From Candidatus Izemoplasma sp. (GTDB lineage Bacteria; Bacillota_I; Bacilli_A; Izemoplasmatales; Izemoplasmataceae): 64,000 bases of DNA. Made by a program: the position numbers and the translations under genes. Below the pieces are notes generated by a model, which saw nothing but the letters and a program-made list of their open reading frames with translations, was not told where the DNA came from and did not search any database. The stretch spans positions 26,736-90,735 of the forward strand of contig SLJL01000008.1 of the NCBI GenBank assembly GCA_007135105.1, written 5' to 3'. This document shows positions 61,846 through 64,000 of this stretch, in pieces (position 1 is the stretch's first letter; each line of letters starts with the position of its first letter).

Positions 61846-61908
61846 ATATAGTATGATGCTGCAATTTGCTACCATATAAATATTAACAGCAAATTCAGTA
61901 AGTGTCAA

Positions 61909-62001
61909 TGGCGGAGGAAGAGGGATTCGAACCCCCGCGACGCTTGCACGCCCTGTCGGTTTTCAAGACCGATCCCTTCAGCCAGACTTGGGTATTCCTC
62001 C
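61909..62001 (-). tRNA. tRNA-Ser (TGA)
   Basis: 93 nt with a long variable arm. Acceptor GGAGGAA/TTCCTCC, anticodon loop CTTGAAA. Confidence 0.93.
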
Positions 62002-62023
62002 AAAGAGATACTGAAATGTCTAG

Positions 62024-62100
62024 TGGTGGACCCGGCAGGATTCGAACCTGCGACCGACCGGTTATGAGCCGGGAGCTCTAACCAGCTGAGCTACGGGTCC
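62024..62100 (-). tRNA. tRNA with CAT anticodon, probably tRNA-Ile2 (lysidine type)
   Basis: Acceptor GGACCCG/CGGGTCC, loop CTCATAA. The overall sequence resembles my recollection of Bacillus tRNA-Ile(CAU) (GGACC...GGTTAGAGC...GGCTCATAACCG...GGTCCACCA). It is the third CAT tRNA in the array. Confidence 0.6.
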
Positions 62101-62103
62101 ACT

Positions 62104-62180
62104 TGGTAGCGGCGAAGGGAGTCGAACCCCTGACCTTTCGGGTATGAACCGAACGCTCTGACCAACTGAGCTACACCGCC
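62104..62180 (-). tRNA. Elongator tRNA-Met (CAT)
   Basis: GGCGGTGTAGCTCAG...GGTTCATACCCG...CGCCGCTACCA, the typical Bacillota elongator Met pattern. Confidence 0.85.
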
Positions 62181-62288
62181 AAAGGATAAATTAGCGCTTT
62201 TACTACGGTGGAACCTACCAATAATATTAAGTTTACTACATCATGATAAACAAAATGATTTCTTTGCAGGTTCCACCATGATAAGTTA

Positions 62289-62375
62289 TGGTACCTAGGG
62301 CCGGACTTGAACCGGCACGGTATAAATACCATTGGATTTTAAGTCCAACGCGTCTACCAATTCCGCCACCCAGGC
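62289..62375 (-). tRNA. tRNA-Leu (TAA)
   Basis: 87 nt with a long variable arm and anticodon loop CTTAAAA. Confidence 0.93.
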
Positions 62376-62378
62376 AAG

Positions 62379-62454
62379 TGGTGTCCTGTAGAGGATTCGA
62401 ACCTCTGACCCTCTGATTAAAAGTCAGATGCTCTACCAACTGAGCTAACAGGAC
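62379..62454 (-). tRNA. tRNA-Lys (TTT)
   Basis: Acceptor GTCCTGT/ACAGGAC, anticodon loop CTTTTAA. Confidence 0.95.
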
Positions 62455-62463
62455 ATTTTAATA

Positions 62464-62539
<76 letters not shown>

Positions 62540-62541
62540 AG

Positions 62542-62617
62542 TGGTGGAGGATAGCGGGCTCGAACCACTGACCCCCTGCTTGTAAGGCAGGTGCTCTCCC
62601 AACTGAGCTAATCCTCC
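62542..62617 (-). tRNA. tRNA-Val (TAC)
   Basis: Acceptor GGAGGAT/ATCCTCC, anticodon loop CTTACAA. Confidence 0.95.
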
Positions 62618-62627
62618 AAAAAAATGA

Positions 62628-62703
62628 TGGTGGAGCCTAGCGGGATCGAACCGCTGACCTCCTGCGTGCAAAGCAGGCGCTCTCCCAGCTGAGCTAAGGC
62701 CCC
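62628..62703 (-). tRNA. tRNA-Ala (TGC)
   Basis: Acceptor GGGGCCT/AGGCTCC with the G3:U70 identity pair, anticodon loop TTTGCAC. Confidence 0.95.
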
Positions 62704-62708
62704 AAGAA

Positions 62709-62786
<78 letters not shown>

Positions 62787-62820
62787 ATTTTCCATCATTT
62801 AACACATAAGTGCGAGTAAT

Positions 62821-62849
62821 ATTCTACTACTTTTACTATGTGATGTCAA
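62821..62849 (-). promoter_or_regulatory. Putative internal sigma-A promoter of the tRNA array (before tRNA-Ile)
   Basis: Minus strand reads TTGACA (62844..62849), 17 nt, TAGAAT (62821..62826), in the 107-nt gap between tRNA-Gln and tRNA-Ile. Confidence 0.55.
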
Positions 62850-62893
62850 CAATATGCCCTAATATTTTTATTATATCAGGATTGTAGCAATTT

Positions 62894-62968
62894 TGGCTGG
62901 GCTAGAAGGATTCGAACCTTCGATGTCGGAGTCAAAGTCCGATGCCTTAACCACTTGGCTATAGCCCA
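62894..62968 (-). tRNA. tRNA-Gln (TTG)
   Basis: U1-A72 acceptor TGGGCTA/TAGCCCA, anticodon loop CTTTGAC, discriminator G plus CCA. Confidence 0.93.
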
Positions 62969-62971
62969 TTG

Positions 62972-63056
62972 TGGTGGAGGGGGACGGATTTGAACCGCCG
63001 AACCCTGAGGGAGCAGATTTACAGTCTGCCGCGTTTAGCCACTTCGCTACCCCTCC
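62972..63056 (-). tRNA. tRNA-Tyr (GTA)
   Basis: 85 nt with a long variable arm. Acceptor GGAGGGG/CCCCTCC, anticodon loop CTGTAAA. Confidence 0.93.
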
Positions 63057-63071
63057 AGACACGCAAACATT

Positions 63072-63100
63072 ATTCTAAACTATTGAGGCTGAAAAAGCAA
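63072..63100 (-). promoter_or_regulatory. Putative sigma-A promoter at the head of the tRNA array
   Basis: Minus strand reads TTGCTT (63095..63100), 17 nt, TAGAAT (63072..63077), about 15 nt upstream of tRNA-Tyr and directly after the MazG-like stop. Confidence 0.55.
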
Positions 63101-63101
63101 C

Positions 63102-63386
63102 TTATTTTTTTGTGGGGTATTTTAAAGCTATTTTCGCAAGTTTCTCTTCGATAATTTTATTCAGATCGAAGTTTAAGTCGTGAACCAACGCTAATGCCAA
63201 AATTAGAACATCAGCTAATTCATCTTTGACATTTTGCTCATCGTAACTGGTTTCTCCCCACTGAAAATTCTCTAATAGCTCTGCTGCCTCAATAACAAGA
63301 GATTTAACAAGGTTCTCCGGAGTGTCATGATCATCCCATCCCCTTGAATCACGAAGAGATATTATTTTATCAATCAAATTATTCAC
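63102..63386 (-). CDS. MazG-like nucleotide pyrophosphohydrolase family protein (small, single-domain)
   Basis: 94-aa ORF with a GTG start after AAGGTG. Has the EAAELLE...DELADVLI pattern typical of all-alpha NTP pyrophosphohydrolases. Confidence 0.75.
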   Translation of the reverse strand: MNNLIDKIISLRDSRGWDDHDTPENLVKSLVIEAAELLENFQWGETSYDEQNVKDELADVLILALALVHDLNFDLNKIIEEKLAKIALKYPTKK

Positions 63387-63401
63387 AATTTCACACCTTA
63401 A

Positions 63402-63581
63402 TCAGTCTAATATCTTTTTAATGCGTTTATGGAATTCTGGTCTCTCCATCATGACAAGCCTTCCACAGGAGTTGCATTTTATCTTCACATCTGCACCATA
63501 TCGGACAATTGTCCACTCATTATTACCACAAGCATGAGGTTTTTTCATTACAACGATTTTACCTATTCTCAAATCCTTCAT
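63402..63581 (-). CDS. DUF951-family small protein (YyzM-like)
   Basis: Not in the ORF track (59 aa). Hand translation gives MKDLRIGKIVVMKKPHACGNNEWTIVRYGADVKIKCNSCGRLVMMERPEFHKRIKKILD. Lies downstream of parB, the position typical in Bacillota. Confidence 0.75.
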   Translation of the reverse strand: MKDLRIGKIVVMKKPHACGNNEWTIVRYGADVKIKCNSCGRLVMMERPEFHKRIKKILD

Positions 63582-63603
63582 ACTTTCTCCTTCGAAAGAA
63601 TGT

Positions 63604-64000
63604 TCAAATATCTTTGTTTAGTTCTTTTAGTCTTTTTATATCTTTAAGACTAATTGTAATGCTATTACGTTTGACCACAATCTCATCATCATTTAGATTT
63701 AGGTAGTCTTTAATCTTATTTGATAAGTAATGAATTTCTTTGTTCACAGTTTTCGTATTAGTGTAGTATTGCCTTTTATAATTTTGAATTAGTGTCTCTG
63801 TCTCACGAACATTTAGATTATTACTTGTAATTTCCTGTGCAAATTTTTCTACAATATCAGGTCTACTAAGTTTACTCAATATCTTCGCATGTCCGGTAGA
63901 AATCTCACCCTCATTAACTTTTTTTATGACTGAATCGGGTAAGTTCAATAAGCCGATGATATTGGTAATATAAGATCTGCTTTTGCCGATTTTTTTTCCT
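63604..64000 (-). CDS. parB: ParB/Spo0J/Noc-family partition protein, C-terminal part (5' end beyond the window)
   Basis: The reading frame stays open to the window edge. Translation GKKIGKSRSYITNIIGLLNLPDSVIKKVNEGEISTGHAKIL is the ParB HTH region. The ORF-track Met at 63948 is an internal TTG. Confidence 0.8.
   Translation of the reverse strand, partial: GKKIGKSRSYITNIIGLLNLPDSVIKKVNEGEISTGHAKILSKLSRPDIVEKFAQEITSNNLNVRETETLIQNYKRQYYTNTKTVNKEIHYLSNKIKDYLNLNDDEIVVKRNSITISLKDIKRLKELNKDI

Overview
The window is almost entirely a low-GC Bacillota-type core region. About 95 of 97 genes are on the minus strand. In transcription order (high to low coordinates) they are:
- a truncated parB-like gene, a DUF951 gene and a MazG-like gene
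- a 14-gene tRNA array with no rRNA
- a small AT-rich module (unknown protein, SurE, degenerate Nudix-like protein)
- a complete oxidative ornithine-degradation cluster (ord, ortAB, oraSE, glmL-like, orr) running straight into alr, arcA and arcB
- a membrane-protein/HD-hydrolase pair
- the S10-spc-alpha ribosomal operons, then ecfA1A2T-truA
- tmk-holB-ricT-rsmI-metG, rplM-rpsI, gltX, a cold-shock gene
- cysS-mrnC-rlmB-sigH-like-rpmG-secE-nusG, rplKA, rplJL, a methyltransferase, rpoBC and rpsL-rpsG-fusA-tuf

The only plus-strand unit is a two-gene metal-type ABC importer. I recovered four short genes missing from the ORF track by hand translation (rpmG, rpmJ, rpmD, DUF951). I also trimmed many ORF-track starts to RBS-supported starts.

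I found no mobile element, CRISPR array or recognisable defence system, and no convincing evidence of a wholly new system. The observations most worth follow-up are:
- the fusion of arcA/arcB to the ornithine pathway, with an embedded alr and no arcC
- a duplicated 35-nt promoter/operator-like module in front of ord and ortA
- the uncharacterised protein-SurE-degenerate Nudix trio
- an unexplained GC-rich repeat/stem element next to the tRNA array
- unusual extensions on L3, SecE, TruA and RpoC

All calls come from reading the sequence and recalling family motifs. No database search was run.
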